Virus record (IMG/VR): IMGVR_UViG_3300032116_000155
Span: 3,461 to 67,460 of that record
Direction: 5' to 3' (one strand)
DNA length: 64,000 bases
Origin: a virus
Position numbers and translations under genes: made by a program. Shown here piece by piece: positions 40,644-50,799 of this stretch. A model generated the notes under the pieces. The model did not search any database. It had not been told where the DNA came from and saw only the letters and a program-made list of their open reading frames with translations. Numbering within the stretch: position 1 is the first letter of the stretch; every line of letters starts with the position of its first letter.

Positions 40644-43061
40644 ATGTCATTAAAAATAACAAAAAGAAATGGTGCTGAGGTATCATTCAATCCTCAAAAA
40701 ATATATACAAGAATCAAGAATGCCGCCAAGGGCCTTAATGTAAACTCAGATGAGATTTTCATTAAAGTTATAACTTCAGTTCCAACAGAAGGGTCTGTTT
40801 CAACAAAAGAGTTGGATAAGCTTATATCTGAGATATCTGCGGCATATACCGGCACACATCATGATTATTCAAAATTGGCGGCAAATATTGCTATTTCGTC
40901 TTATTACAAGGTAACTAATCCGAGTTTCTCAGAAACTATGATAGTTTTGAATAAATGTAATGTTGTTTCTGATGATTTGATTAGTATCATAGAGATGTAT
41001 GGTGCTCATAATGTCGATTCTGTAGTTAATCATGAAAATGATAGGTATTTTGATTATTTTGCATGGAAAGCTTTGATCGATATGTACCTCCTAAAAACTA
41101 AAGATGGTCAAAGTATTGAAAGGCCTCAACATATGTACATGAGAGTTGCTCTTTGGTGTTCATCAAGCTTTGATGATGCGGTTAATTATTATCATTCATT
41201 AACTAACCAATTGATATCTCCTGCGACACCAATAATGTTAAATTCAGGTACTGTAAATAGTCAATTAGCATCATGCGTTTTGCATTATAATGATGGTGAT
41301 TCAAGGTCTAAACTTCTGAAAACATTTGAAGATATTTGTACATATTCGGCAGATGCCGCAGGTATTGGTCTTAATATGTCAAATATTCGAAGCAAAAATA
41401 GTAAGATATCTACGTCTGGCGGATATGCCGGAGGACTATTGAAATATCTTAAAATAGTTAATGAAGGCCTTAGATTTTTTAATCAACAGGGTAGAAGACC
41501 TGGAAGTGCGGCAATTTACATAGAACCTTGGCATTCCGATATTTTTGATCTTTTAGAAATTAAGAAAAATACAGGACTTGAAGAACTTAGGGCTAGAGAC
41601 CTTTTTACAGCACTTTGGATTCCTGATAATTTTATGGAATCGGTTCGCGATGATGGTGACTGGTATCTATTCTGTCCAGATGACATTTTAAAAGCTGGGT
41701 TGAAACCCCTACAAAAATGTTATGGCCAGGAATACCTCGATAATTATAATAAAGCTGTCGAGTTAGGTATTGGTAAAAAAGTGAAGGCTATGGACGTTTG
41801 GGTTAAAATCCTAGAATCCCAAATAGAAACCGGGGTACCATATTTATGCTCTAAGGACAACGCGAATAACAAGACTAATCATCAAAATATTGGTGTAATT
41901 AACCAATCTAACTTGTGTAATGAAATTTATCAATACACAGATGAGAATACCACCGCAATCTGTACTTTGTCTTCACTTGTATTGAAAAACTTCATTGAAG
42001 ATGGTAAGTTTAATTTTGATAAACTTGAAACTGAAGTTGCTAAAATTGTTAAGTCATTAAATGTTGTAATTGATTGCAATAAGTATTCTACGGTTAAGGG
42101 CTTTGCCGGTGGTACGGAACAGAGAGCAATTGGTATTGGAGTTCAAGGGCTAGCTGATGTTTTTTATTTGATGGATTACGTATTCACCTCAGATGAAGCT
42201 AAAAAATTAAATAAAGAAATTTTTGAGACCATATACTACTCAGCAGTAAAAGAAAGTTGTAGATTGTGTGAAAAGAATGAATACTCACCATATCAATATT
42301 TTGATGGTTCTCCTATGCAGAAAGGTGTTTTTCAATTTCACATGTGGGGTATTGATGATAAAAATTTAACTAGATATGATTGGAAGGCTCTTGGTGAGAA
42401 AGTCAGTAAATACGGCGTTTGTAATAGTTTGTTTACAGCTCAAATGCCAACAGCCTCTTCAGCTAAAGTTACTGGTTCATATGAAATGACAGAACCTGCA
42501 CATTCTGCATTATTTAATCGAAGAGTTGTTGGTGGAGAAATAATGATTGTTAATAAATACTTGATCAATGATTTTGAAAAATTAGGCATCTGGTGCGAAG
42601 ATTTGAAGAACGAGATTATAATGAATGATGGATCTATCCAGAACATTGATTTTAGTAAATATTTTGATGATTATAAAACAGGTGAAACACCTAGCGTTTC
42701 TTTGGACAGAATTGAATATCTTAAAATGAAGTATAGGACTATTTGGGAAATACCTCAGAAAGAATTGATAAATATGGCCGCAGATCGTGGCCCATTTATT
42801 GACCAGTCACAATCCATGAACATATACATGGCAAATCCTACGCTTTCTAAGATAACAACATCACATTTTTATGCTTGGAACAAAGGGTTGAAAACTTTGT
42901 GCTATTACGTTAGAACTAAAGCAATATCGACAGGTGCTAAACATTTGGGTATTGATATTTCTACCTACAAGCCGCCAACACCCCAGGTAACATTACCAAA
43001 CGTTATCAAAAATACAAAGCCGGAAGAATCTCCATTCGATTGTTTTGGATGTAGTTCTTAA
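40644..43061 (+). CDS. nrdA: class Ia ribonucleotide reductase alpha subunit with ATP cone
   Basis: ITKRNG ATP cone, ERPQ, SPATP, ASC, SNLCNEI, MPTASS, DQSQS, YYVRT, C-terminal CFGC. Confidence 0.97.
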   Translation: MSLKITKRNGAEVSFNPQKIYTRIKNAAKGLNVNSDEIFIKVITSVPTEGSVSTKELDKLISEISAAYTGTHHDYSKLAANIAISSYYKVTNPSFSETMIVLNKCNVVSDDLISIIEMYGAHNVDSVVNHENDRYFDYFAWKALIDMYLLKTKDGQSIERPQHMYMRVALWCSSSFDDAVNYYHSLTNQLISPATPIMLNSGTVNSQLASCVLHYNDGDSRSKLLKTFEDICTYSADAAGIGLNMSNIRSKNSKISTSGGYAGGLLKYLKIVNEGLRFFNQQGRRPGSAAIYIEPWHSDIFDLLEIKKNTGLEELRARDLFTALWIPDNFMESVRDDGDWYLFCPDDILKAGLKPLQKCYGQEYLDNYNKAVELGIGKKVKAMDVWVKILESQIETGVPYLCSKDNANNKTNHQNIGVINQSNLCNEIYQYTDENTTAICTLSSLVLKNFIEDGKFNFDKLETEVAKIVKSLNVVIDCNKYSTVKGFAGGTEQRAIGIGVQGLADVFYLMDYVFTSDEAKKLNKEIFETIYYSAVKESCRLCEKNEYSPYQYFDGSPMQKGVFQFHMWGIDDKNLTRYDWKALGEKVSKYGVCNSLFTAQMPTASSAKVTGSYEMTEPAHSALFNRRVVGGEIMIVNKYLINDFEKLGIWCEDLKNEIIMNDGSIQNIDFSKYFDDYKTGETPSVSLDRIEYLKMKYRTIWEIPQKELINMAADRGPFIDQSQSMNIYMANPTLSKITTSHFYAWNKGLKTLCYYVRTKAISTGAKHLGIDISTYKPPTPQVTLPNVIKNTKPEESPFDCFGCSS

Positions 43062-43066
43062 AATTT

Positions 43067-43107
43067 AAATAAAAATCACAGTGGAAACGCTGTGATTTTT
43101 ATTTTTT
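43067..43107 (+). terminator. intrinsic terminator after nrdA
   Basis: AAATAAAAATCACAGTG-GAAA-CGCTGTGATTTTTATTTTTT. Confidence 0.85.
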
Positions 43108-43135
43108 ATGTATTTATGTTATATAATTATATATT

Positions 43136-43603
43136 ATGGCGAATGGTAAAACGTATGGGATAGCATTTCCTTTTATTAGGTCTAGTGAAGGCGATTATCT
43201 TAAATTAACACAAACGGCTAATGATGAGATAAGGACAGATCTAATACACTTATTATTGACAAGGAAAGGTTCAAGATATTTTTTACCCGATTTTGGTACC
43301 AGACTGTATGAATATATATTTGAACCTTTAGATACACCAACTTTCAATAATATTGAAAGAGAGATCCGAGATTCATGCGAGAAATACATACCTAATTTAA
43401 AAATTACAGATATTAGTGTTAAAGCGATAGATCCAAATGAAGAAGTTAATTTTTTAACGAATAGTATTGAATCAGATGGTAATACAAGGCAATATGTTTT
43501 ACCCGGTTTAAATGTAAAAGAATATACGGCTAAAGTTAGGATAGATTACGTTATAACTGATGATGTATTTAACACTAAAGATTTTGTTATTATTAATATA
43601 TAA
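43136..43603 (+). CDS. baseplate wedge subunit gp25-like
   Basis: GIAFPF, LLLTRKGSRYFLPDFGTRL...IFEP. Confidence 0.92.
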   Translation: MANGKTYGIAFPFIRSSEGDYLKLTQTANDEIRTDLIHLLLTRKGSRYFLPDFGTRLYEYIFEPLDTPTFNNIEREIRDSCEKYIPNLKITDISVKAIDPNEEVNFLTNSIESDGNTRQYVLPGLNVKEYTAKVRIDYVITDDVFNTKDFVIINI

Positions 43604-43604
43604 A

Positions 43605-45446
43605 ATGGCAGAAAAAAAAATATCATATACAGTAAGGGATTTTCAGCAAATTAGAACTGAGTTAATAAATTTCACTAAGATTTATTATCCTGATCTAATA
43701 GATAATTTTAACGATGCCTCAATATTTTCGGCATTAATGGATCTAAACGCGGCTGTTTCGGATAATTTACATTTTCATATTGATAGAAGTATCCAAGAAA
43801 CAGTTCTTCAATATGCCAAACAAAGATCTTCAATATATAATATAGCTAGGACATATGGCCTTAAAATTCCTGGTGTTAGGCCATCTGTGGCATTAGTTGA
43901 TTTCTCAATAGTAGTTCCGGCTAACGGCGATAAAGATGATGAAAGGTATGAAGGTCTATTAAGAAGAGGAAGTCAGGTTATTGGTAATGGTCAAGTATTT
44001 GAAAATGTATATGATATAGATTTTTCGTCTCCATATGATTCTCAAGGGTATCCCAATAGATTGAAAATACCAAACTTTGATGTAAACAATAATTTAATAA
44101 GCTATACAATCGTTAAACGAGAATTGGTTGTTAATGGAATAACTAAAGTGTTTAGGAGAGTTATCACTGCGACTGATATTCGCCCCTTCTTTGAACTTTT
44201 CTTGCCGGAGAAGAATGTGCTAGGGGTCACATCCGTTCTGCTTAAGGAGGGTACAAATTATGCGAATGTACCTAGTGCTCAAGAATTCCTTGGGCAGTCA
44301 GGTAGATGGTATGAAGTCGATGCTTTAGCCGAGGATAGGGTCTTTATTGAAGATCCTACAAAGCCTAGCGATAACCCTGGTATTAAGGTTGGTAAGTATA
44401 TCATAACAAATGATAGGTTTATAACTGAATATACACCAGAAGGTTTTCTAAAAATGACTTTTGGTGGCGGTAATACATCCGCAGATGATCAGTTGAGAGA
44501 ATTCGCTAGAACTGGAATAAATACATTAAGTATGCAATCATACTTAAATAATTTTTCATTAGGTGGTACATTGAAGCCAAACACAACTTTATTCGTACAA
44601 TATAGAGTTGGCGGGGGGTTAGGTACTAATTTGGGAGTTAATGTTATAAATCAGGTTGGAACAATATCGTTCTTTGTAAATGGTCCTTCAGATACAATTA
44701 ATGCTCAGGTTATTAATTCTTTAAGTTGCAACAATGTAACGGCAGCTATCGGAGGAGCAGGAGCTCCTAGTGTTGAGGAAGTTAGAAATTATGTTTCATT
44801 TAATTTTGCGGCACAAAACAGAGCGGTAACAATTAATGACTATAAAGCTATTTTGAGAAAAATGCCGGGGCAATTTGGAGCTCCTGCTAAATTATCGGTG
44901 TTAGAGGTAGATAATAAAATCCTTGTTAAAGTTTTAACTTATGATACAACAGGAGCATTAAATTCTTTGGTGTCTAATACGTTACTAAATAATATATCAG
45001 AATATCTTTCTAACTACAGAATGATTAATGATTATATTTCAGTTGAAACTGCTGACGTCATTGATTTATCTATTGAAATATCAATAGTTTTGGATGGTAG
45101 TCAAAATCAAGGGGTTATTATTGCTAGCGTTATTAATAAGATAGCAGACTATTTTAGTCCATTAAACAGAGAAATGGGAGAGAATATCAACTTGTCTGAT
45201 ATGACAGCTTTAATTCAAGCTGAAAATGGAGTTATATCTATAAGTGAGTTAAAAGTCTTCAATAAGGTTGGGGGTCAATATTCTTCATCAGAAACATCAA
45301 TGCCCTATGCTGATGTAGCGACTAAACAAATCGGCCCTGTGGACGAAACTATATTTGCACTACCAACACAAATTTATCAGATTAGGTATCCTAATAAAGA
45401 TATTACAGTAAAAGTTAAAAATTTCCAGGGAGTAACTATTAGTTAA
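43605..45446 (+). CDS. baseplate wedge subunit gp6 / baseplate J-like
   Basis: RDFQQIR...L, YRVGGG..N, GGAGAPSVEEVR, AQNRAVTINDY. ATG 43605 preferred over track start 43560. Confidence 0.9.
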   Translation: MAEKKISYTVRDFQQIRTELINFTKIYYPDLIDNFNDASIFSALMDLNAAVSDNLHFHIDRSIQETVLQYAKQRSSIYNIARTYGLKIPGVRPSVALVDFSIVVPANGDKDDERYEGLLRRGSQVIGNGQVFENVYDIDFSSPYDSQGYPNRLKIPNFDVNNNLISYTIVKRELVVNGITKVFRRVITATDIRPFFELFLPEKNVLGVTSVLLKEGTNYANVPSAQEFLGQSGRWYEVDALAEDRVFIEDPTKPSDNPGIKVGKYIITNDRFITEYTPEGFLKMTFGGGNTSADDQLREFARTGINTLSMQSYLNNFSLGGTLKPNTTLFVQYRVGGGLGTNLGVNVINQVGTISFFVNGPSDTINAQVINSLSCNNVTAAIGGAGAPSVEEVRNYVSFNFAAQNRAVTINDYKAILRKMPGQFGAPAKLSVLEVDNKILVKVLTYDTTGALNSLVSNTLLNNISEYLSNYRMINDYISVETADVIDLSIEISIVLDGSQNQGVIIASVINKIADYFSPLNREMGENINLSDMTALIQAENGVISISELKVFNKVGGQYSSSETSMPYADVATKQIGPVDETIFALPTQIYQIRYPNKDITVKVKNFQGVTIS

Positions 45447-45519
45447 TGATTTATTTATCTGATAAGATAGTTATTTTTAGTAAATAAAAAATCAACTATT
45501 TATAGTAAATAAATATTAA

Positions 45520-48500
45520 ATGGGAAAATCCTATAGAATTAAGGCAAATCCTGGCAAAGATAATAATATTGTTGTTGACTTAGAGCAAGATTTTGAGCAA
45601 TTAGAAATTTTATCATTAAAGATAAGGCAGGATGATGTTTACATAAGAATGTGCTCCGATTATGGAGTTATTGCGGGTAGAGTATTCAGTAATAATGGTT
45701 ATGGCGTTCCTAACGTAAAAGTTTCTGTTTTCATTCCTGTGACACAGGGCGATTTAGATGACCCGTCAATATCAGAAATATATCCATATCAAACATTTGA
45801 GGAAGTTAATAATGATGGTTATAAATATAACTTATTACCATACACCCCATCATATGATGGGCATGTTCCTACAGGGACTTTTCCAACTAGAAAAGATGTT
45901 TTAACAAATGATACTGCTTCAAGAATATATGAAAAATACTACAAATATACTGTCAAAACAAATGAAAGTGGGGACTATCTAATTTATGGTGTCCCTATCG
46001 GTGGTCAAACATTAATATTTAATGTTGACCTATCAGATATTGGGCAATTTTCAATGACCCCACAAGATTTGATTAGGATTGGAGTTGCAACTGAAAGTCA
46101 GTTTGACGGGGCTAATTTTAAGTCTTCACCTAATATAGATACTTTACCTCAGATTATAAAATCGGCTAAGTCTGTTGATGTGATTCCTTTTTGGGGGGAG
46201 AACGATATATGCCAGATAGGTATAACTCGGATGGACTTTGACATAACTAGCGAAGCTAATATTAATATCCAACCTACAGCAATATTTATGGGCTCTGTGT
46301 TTAGTAACCCTGACAATTATGCTGTTGATATAAAGTGTAAAGTTAAAAAAGATGCTGGAAATTTATGTAAGTTAATAACTGGGCCTGGTGAAATTATTGG
46401 AATTACTCAATCAATTTTCTTGGATGAGAAGGGATTGCCTGTTTTAAAAATTGCTGATTTACCAAATGGGGGTAAATTAATTGATGAAAACGGAGTTTGG
46501 TTGTTTGATGTCCCCATGAATAATAATTATGTTACAACAAATGAATTTGGGGAACAAGTCATATCTTCAGATCCGAATGTTGGAGTTCCTACAAGTGGTA
46601 AATATCGATTTAAAATAAAATGGCAACAGCCAGACAGTTTAACTGAGGCATATAAGAGAGCTTACTTCTTAGTTCCAAACATAAGGGAAAATGGTTGGGA
46701 TGAGTATGATGATGACCCATTTTTAAAATCTAAAACATCCCAGGCATACAAAAAAGCGGTATCATCATATGCTTTTGATTTAAATTGGTCTGCATACACA
46801 AGTAGTTTTGTTTCTGTTAATAATGAGGAACTTATATCTTACGTTAACTGTGAAGATAGGTTTTATGAATTTGATTACAATAAGGTATATACGGTTTCCG
46901 GGTTAATTGATAACTTTAAAACAGCAAATGGTGCTAATAGATTTTTATCCATCAAAAGGGTCGATGACGATTCTTGCGAAAATGTTATTAACAAGTTTCC
47001 AACTAACGATGGCGTTTTTTATAGAACTTTGTTTTATATAGTCACTAAATTTTTATTGAATGCTATCTTGTCATTATTATTAATTGTTTTGCCGATATAT
47101 AACGTAATAGCATCAATTGTTAATTTAGTTTATCGAATTATATTAGTCTCATTGTGTAACATATGCAGCAGTAACTTGTTCAGCGGGTTAAATTTTTGTG
47201 ATAATTTAATTTGCGATGCAAAAACACAACCATTATTAGGTCCATTAAAATTACCCATGATAACATATCCTAACTGCGAGACATGTTCTTGTGGCGATGG
47301 ATCTACAGTTGATACAGATGAAAATCCTAATAACATATTATTAAAGGGTGTTTTAGTGCCATTTAGTGTTTCTTCTGCATATAATTTATTAGATGATCCT
47401 TTGTTTTATAATTCGTATGTAAATAATAATTCTATTATATCATACGAAGATAGAGATTATTTAAAACAATTAATTGGGGGTAGGTGGACAAACAATGGAA
47501 ATAAAATTCAAGGGACTACAGGGTTAATTGGTAATTATATCACAAACGATTTGCCTTTTGGCGAAAGAATAAATCAATTTAATGCAAAAAGCTCTTATAT
47601 TTCAGGTAAGAATATTATAAAATTAACATATGAACCAGAGTCAAATTACGATCCAGTAGCAGATGATTATAAACATCATTTTGATAACACATTATCGATG
47701 ATTTGTTTGCCAGGTGTGACATTATCCGCAGGTGATATGTTTACTATGATAAACCCTAAAAATTCACCAGATAAGAATATATCGGGGCAGACAATACAAA
47801 ATAATATTGGCTTATATAGTACAACAGGAACAACAACAATACCTACATCTATAAACATAACATATGCTAATAATACTAATTCTTTAACAAATAATACTGT
47901 TGTTTATTCTACGCCCGAATTAGCTAGCGATAATGTTAACAAAATATTTTATTATACATATCCATCTGATGTTGAGTATTATCAAGTAATAGCATCATAT
48001 ACAGTATCAGAATTTAGGGAACTAATTGCCAGTAACGATAGAGTGATAAATACGTTTGGCGATATAATTGAAAGTACGACAACTATAACCGAGTTAGCAA
48101 ATTGTAATTGTTACGAAACAATTACCGTTGATATAACAACAGGTGGTGATTTAGGGATTAATTTATGTAATGGAGCGACTATAACAGCAAATTACAGTGC
48201 AGATACGTATGTATTATCATTCGATACATGCATTTCAAGTTTAACAGTTCCGGGAGGAAGTACCTTAGTTTTTGATATATTGTCATATGGGGATTGCTGC
48301 ACAAATGAGTCATTAACAGTAAAACCTATAGATTCTATTAGTCAAGATTCTGTTATCATAATATGTCAGAGAGGCGTTGATCCATACTCACCAAAAATAA
48401 AAACTAAAGTTTCATTAGGTAGAATTTTTGGTTATGATAATATAGACCAGGTGGTTTCAGAAGGTATGTACAGACTTAATGTACCGGTTAGAAACACTAC

Positions 48501-50799
48501 AACAGGTGCCGGATTGGAACCAATGGTTAGCCATAATATTACAAATAACTCTGAAACAAATAATGGCTTTAATTTATTTTTTGAATCAAACTTTTTCCAA
48601 CCAGGAAATAATTACATACCATATTTAACCTTAAACCACATATTCTACTCTAGGTTAGATTATGATATGGTGACTTCAATACCTTTTTATTCTATAAATA
48701 ATAATTCAGATACTCAATTAGATAGTAATAAAATTGATGCATTAATTGGTGATACCAAAAAGATTAGGTCAAATTTTACTAATAGTTACTTATCACAAAT
48801 TGAGGAGAGTGAAAGTTATAGTTTTGATGAAACTTTTGCCGGATCTACATATATGTATTTTGATAAGTTAACAGACCCTCCGGTTATCTCTTGTTATGAA
48901 AATGTATCAATATATGTGCAACCATCCTCTTCTGGTGGGGTAGTTCAATATGAAACTTGTGATGGAACTATAAATACATTTTCTGTTGGCCCTAATGGCG
49001 GTACATATCAAATAGCTGAATGTGTTAATATAAGTACAATATTATCCTACGATGACATCTCTTTTGGTAGTATTTCATACGGAAACTCTTGTCAAAATGA
49101 TGCGTCTAGTTTGTATAGATCATATTATTTTAGTACAATATATGGGTCTAGTTCTGTTTTAGAGATGACTGATGCTTCTAAAATAATAATGCGTAGTGAT
49201 AGATTACCCAGCACCGACTTACTTAGTTATAATGATAACAATACATATCTTTTACAGCAAAATTCTATTGGTGTAATATATAAACTTATTGATAACACAT
49301 TGACGGTTGTTAACCCGTCATATGGTAGTGATGAGTATTCTGATGACTTTGAACCGGAAGATAATTCATATGAAAACAATGTTTTAAGCACGTTTAGTTG
49401 TGAAAATATGGTTGACTTGAACTGTTATGAGCAAAAAGATGATACTATTGTTGTAAAGCCAAATTGTGCGGATGAAGATAGGGTTGATGGCGGGTGTTAC
49501 GTTTTTTGTAAAAGTTGTAGTGATAGTTCAAAAATACTAGGTCCTATTGGGGATATTCCTGGGGATTTTAAAGCGGCTCTTAATTATAAAAAAAGGTTCA
49601 CATATTTTTACAGCATATGTCAAAATATAATATCACAAACTTTTACAAATAATTGGGTAAATGGAACTCTTTATGCTTACCCATTTAAATTAAACACATT
49701 CTATAATAATCAAAATAAAGTTAGTGATCGTGTTTATTGTAAAGATGTTGTGCTTTTACACCCTAAAAGTAACAATTTTTATTATAGATCTTCACCTTGG
49801 GATGATATTAATAAAGGGTTTATTGGCCAAAAATCTAAAGGTAATGAATCTAAAGGTTCTAATATTGCAAACTTAAAATATCCGACAACTATATTAAATA
49901 TGGGGCCTAGAAGTTCTTTTTTAAATAATTTAATACTTAACGGGAAGTACGATGGATATGTTATGAACACTATACGCGAAACATCTTATAATGATAATTC
50001 AGATATAGTTAATCTTTTTGTATATTCTAGGTTATTGAGTTCAAATATTTTATCTTTATTCGGGTCTGGTAATATAATAACTGCGACTATAAATGATCCT
50101 GTTAAGAAATTTTTTAGTCGACCAGGAGATAGAGTAGATGCTGATTTAGCACAATCAATTGCTGTTAATACTCAGTATGGTATAATTCCGGTGGACAGCA
50201 CTAGTTATATAACAGGATTAGGGCCGCAATTGTCCTCTGTTTATATAAATTTACCAAATAATAAAGATCCTATGTTGGGCATTATGTTTTCTGCGACAAC
50301 AGATGATATACAGAATAGAGACTATATTTCACCGGGGAGAATTATTAGATATGATATTTTTAATAATCAATTTTTATATGACAATTTGGGTGTTAATAGT
50401 CAATTAACACCACATTATCTATGGCAAATAAATCCAGGCGAACCAGTCGCTCCTCTGGGGAATACACCTTTTATGTTTGGTAATGAAACCAATAACTGGG
50501 CCTCAGACCCGACTGATTTCGTTCAAATCAAATATCAAAACATGGATCGTTTATCGTCGGGTTATTCGTTGTATAATACTTTAGTTAATAATTACAATGC
50601 GACAGGGTATTTATATGGTAATGATTCAAATGCTATTGCAACTACAAGTTATAATTATTCCGCAAACATATTACCCGCAGATAAAAAAATATTAGTTGGA
50701 GCCCCTTGGTATTTTTATTTCGGTTTAAATAAAGGTAAAACGGCAATAAATAAATTTTATACAAAATATATAGGAGGTAATGATATAGATGGGGAATAG
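45520..50799 (+). CDS. large Cys-rich baseplate/tail protein with internal hydrophobic segment
   Basis: N-terminal prealbumin-like GRVF...GVPNVKVS...TNESGDY..YGVP. Hydrophobic stretch at about 47029-47155 and many Cys. Baseplate gene context. Confidence 0.55.
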   Translation: MGKSYRIKANPGKDNNIVVDLEQDFEQLEILSLKIRQDDVYIRMCSDYGVIAGRVFSNNGYGVPNVKVSVFIPVTQGDLDDPSISEIYPYQTFEEVNNDGYKYNLLPYTPSYDGHVPTGTFPTRKDVLTNDTASRIYEKYYKYTVKTNESGDYLIYGVPIGGQTLIFNVDLSDIGQFSMTPQDLIRIGVATESQFDGANFKSSPNIDTLPQIIKSAKSVDVIPFWGENDICQIGITRMDFDITSEANINIQPTAIFMGSVFSNPDNYAVDIKCKVKKDAGNLCKLITGPGEIIGITQSIFLDEKGLPVLKIADLPNGGKLIDENGVWLFDVPMNNNYVTTNEFGEQVISSDPNVGVPTSGKYRFKIKWQQPDSLTEAYKRAYFLVPNIRENGWDEYDDDPFLKSKTSQAYKKAVSSYAFDLNWSAYTSSFVSVNNEELISYVNCEDRFYEFDYNKVYTVSGLIDNFKTANGANRFLSIKRVDDDSCENVINKFPTNDGVFYRTLFYIVTKFLLNAILSLLLIVLPIYNVIASIVNLVYRIILVSLCNICSSNLFSGLNFCDNLICDAKTQPLLGPLKLPMITYPNCETCSCGDGSTVDTDENPNNILLKGVLVPFSVSSAYNLLDDPLFYNSYVNNNSIISYEDRDYLKQLIGGRWTNNGNKIQGTTGLIGNYITNDLPFGERINQFNAKSSYISGKNIIKLTYEPESNYDPVADDYKHHFDNTLSMICLPGVTLSAGDMFTMINPKNSPDKNISGQTIQNNIGLYSTTGTTTIPTSINITYANNTNSLTNNTVVYSTPELASDNVNKIFYYTYPSDVEYYQVIASYTVSEFRELIASNDRVINTFGDIIESTTTITELANCNCYETITVDITTGGDLGINLCNGATITANYSADTYVLSFDTCISSLTVPGGSTLVFDILSYGDCCTNESLTVKPIDSISQDSVIIICQRGVDPYSPKIKTKVSLGRIFGYDNIDQVVSEGMYRLNVPVRNTTTGAGLEPMVSHNITNNSETNNGFNLFFESNFFQPGNNYIPYLTLNHIFYSRLDYDMVTSIPFYSINNNSDTQLDSNKIDALIGDTKKIRSNFTNSYLSQIEESESYSFDETFAGSTYMYFDKLTDPPVISCYENVSIYVQPSSSGGVVQYETCDGTINTFSVGPNGGTYQIAECVNISTILSYDDISFGSISYGNSCQNDASSLYRSYYFSTIYGSSSVLEMTDASKIIMRSDRLPSTDLLSYNDNNTYLLQQNSIGVIYKLIDNTLTVVNPSYGSDEYSDDFEPEDNSYENNVLSTFSCENMVDLNCYEQKDDTIVVKPNCADEDRVDGGCYVFCKSCSDSSKILGPIGDIPGDFKAALNYKKRFTYFYSICQNIISQTFTNNWVNGTLYAYPFKLNTFYNNQNKVSDRVYCKDVVLLHPKSNNFYYRSSPWDDINKGFIGQKSKGNESKGSNIANLKYPTTILNMGPRSSFLNNLILNGKYDGYVMNTIRETSYNDNSDIVNLFVYSRLLSSNILSLFGSGNIITATINDPVKKFFSRPGDRVDADLAQSIAVNTQYGIIPVDSTSYITGLGPQLSSVYINLPNNKDPMLGIMFSATTDDIQNRDYISPGRIIRYDIFNNQFLYDNLGVNSQLTPHYLWQINPGEPVAPLGNTPFMFGNETNNWASDPTDFVQIKYQNMDRLSSGYSLYNTLVNNYNATGYLYGNDSNAIATTSYNYSANILPADKKILVGAPWYFYFGLNKGKTAINKFYTKYIGGNDIDGE

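Noticed and set aside
4044-43061. Inteins or introns in polymerase, helicases or RNR
   Set aside because: Motif spacing and lengths look normal. No intein-terminal HN-C/S/T junction or LAGLIDADG insert was seen.
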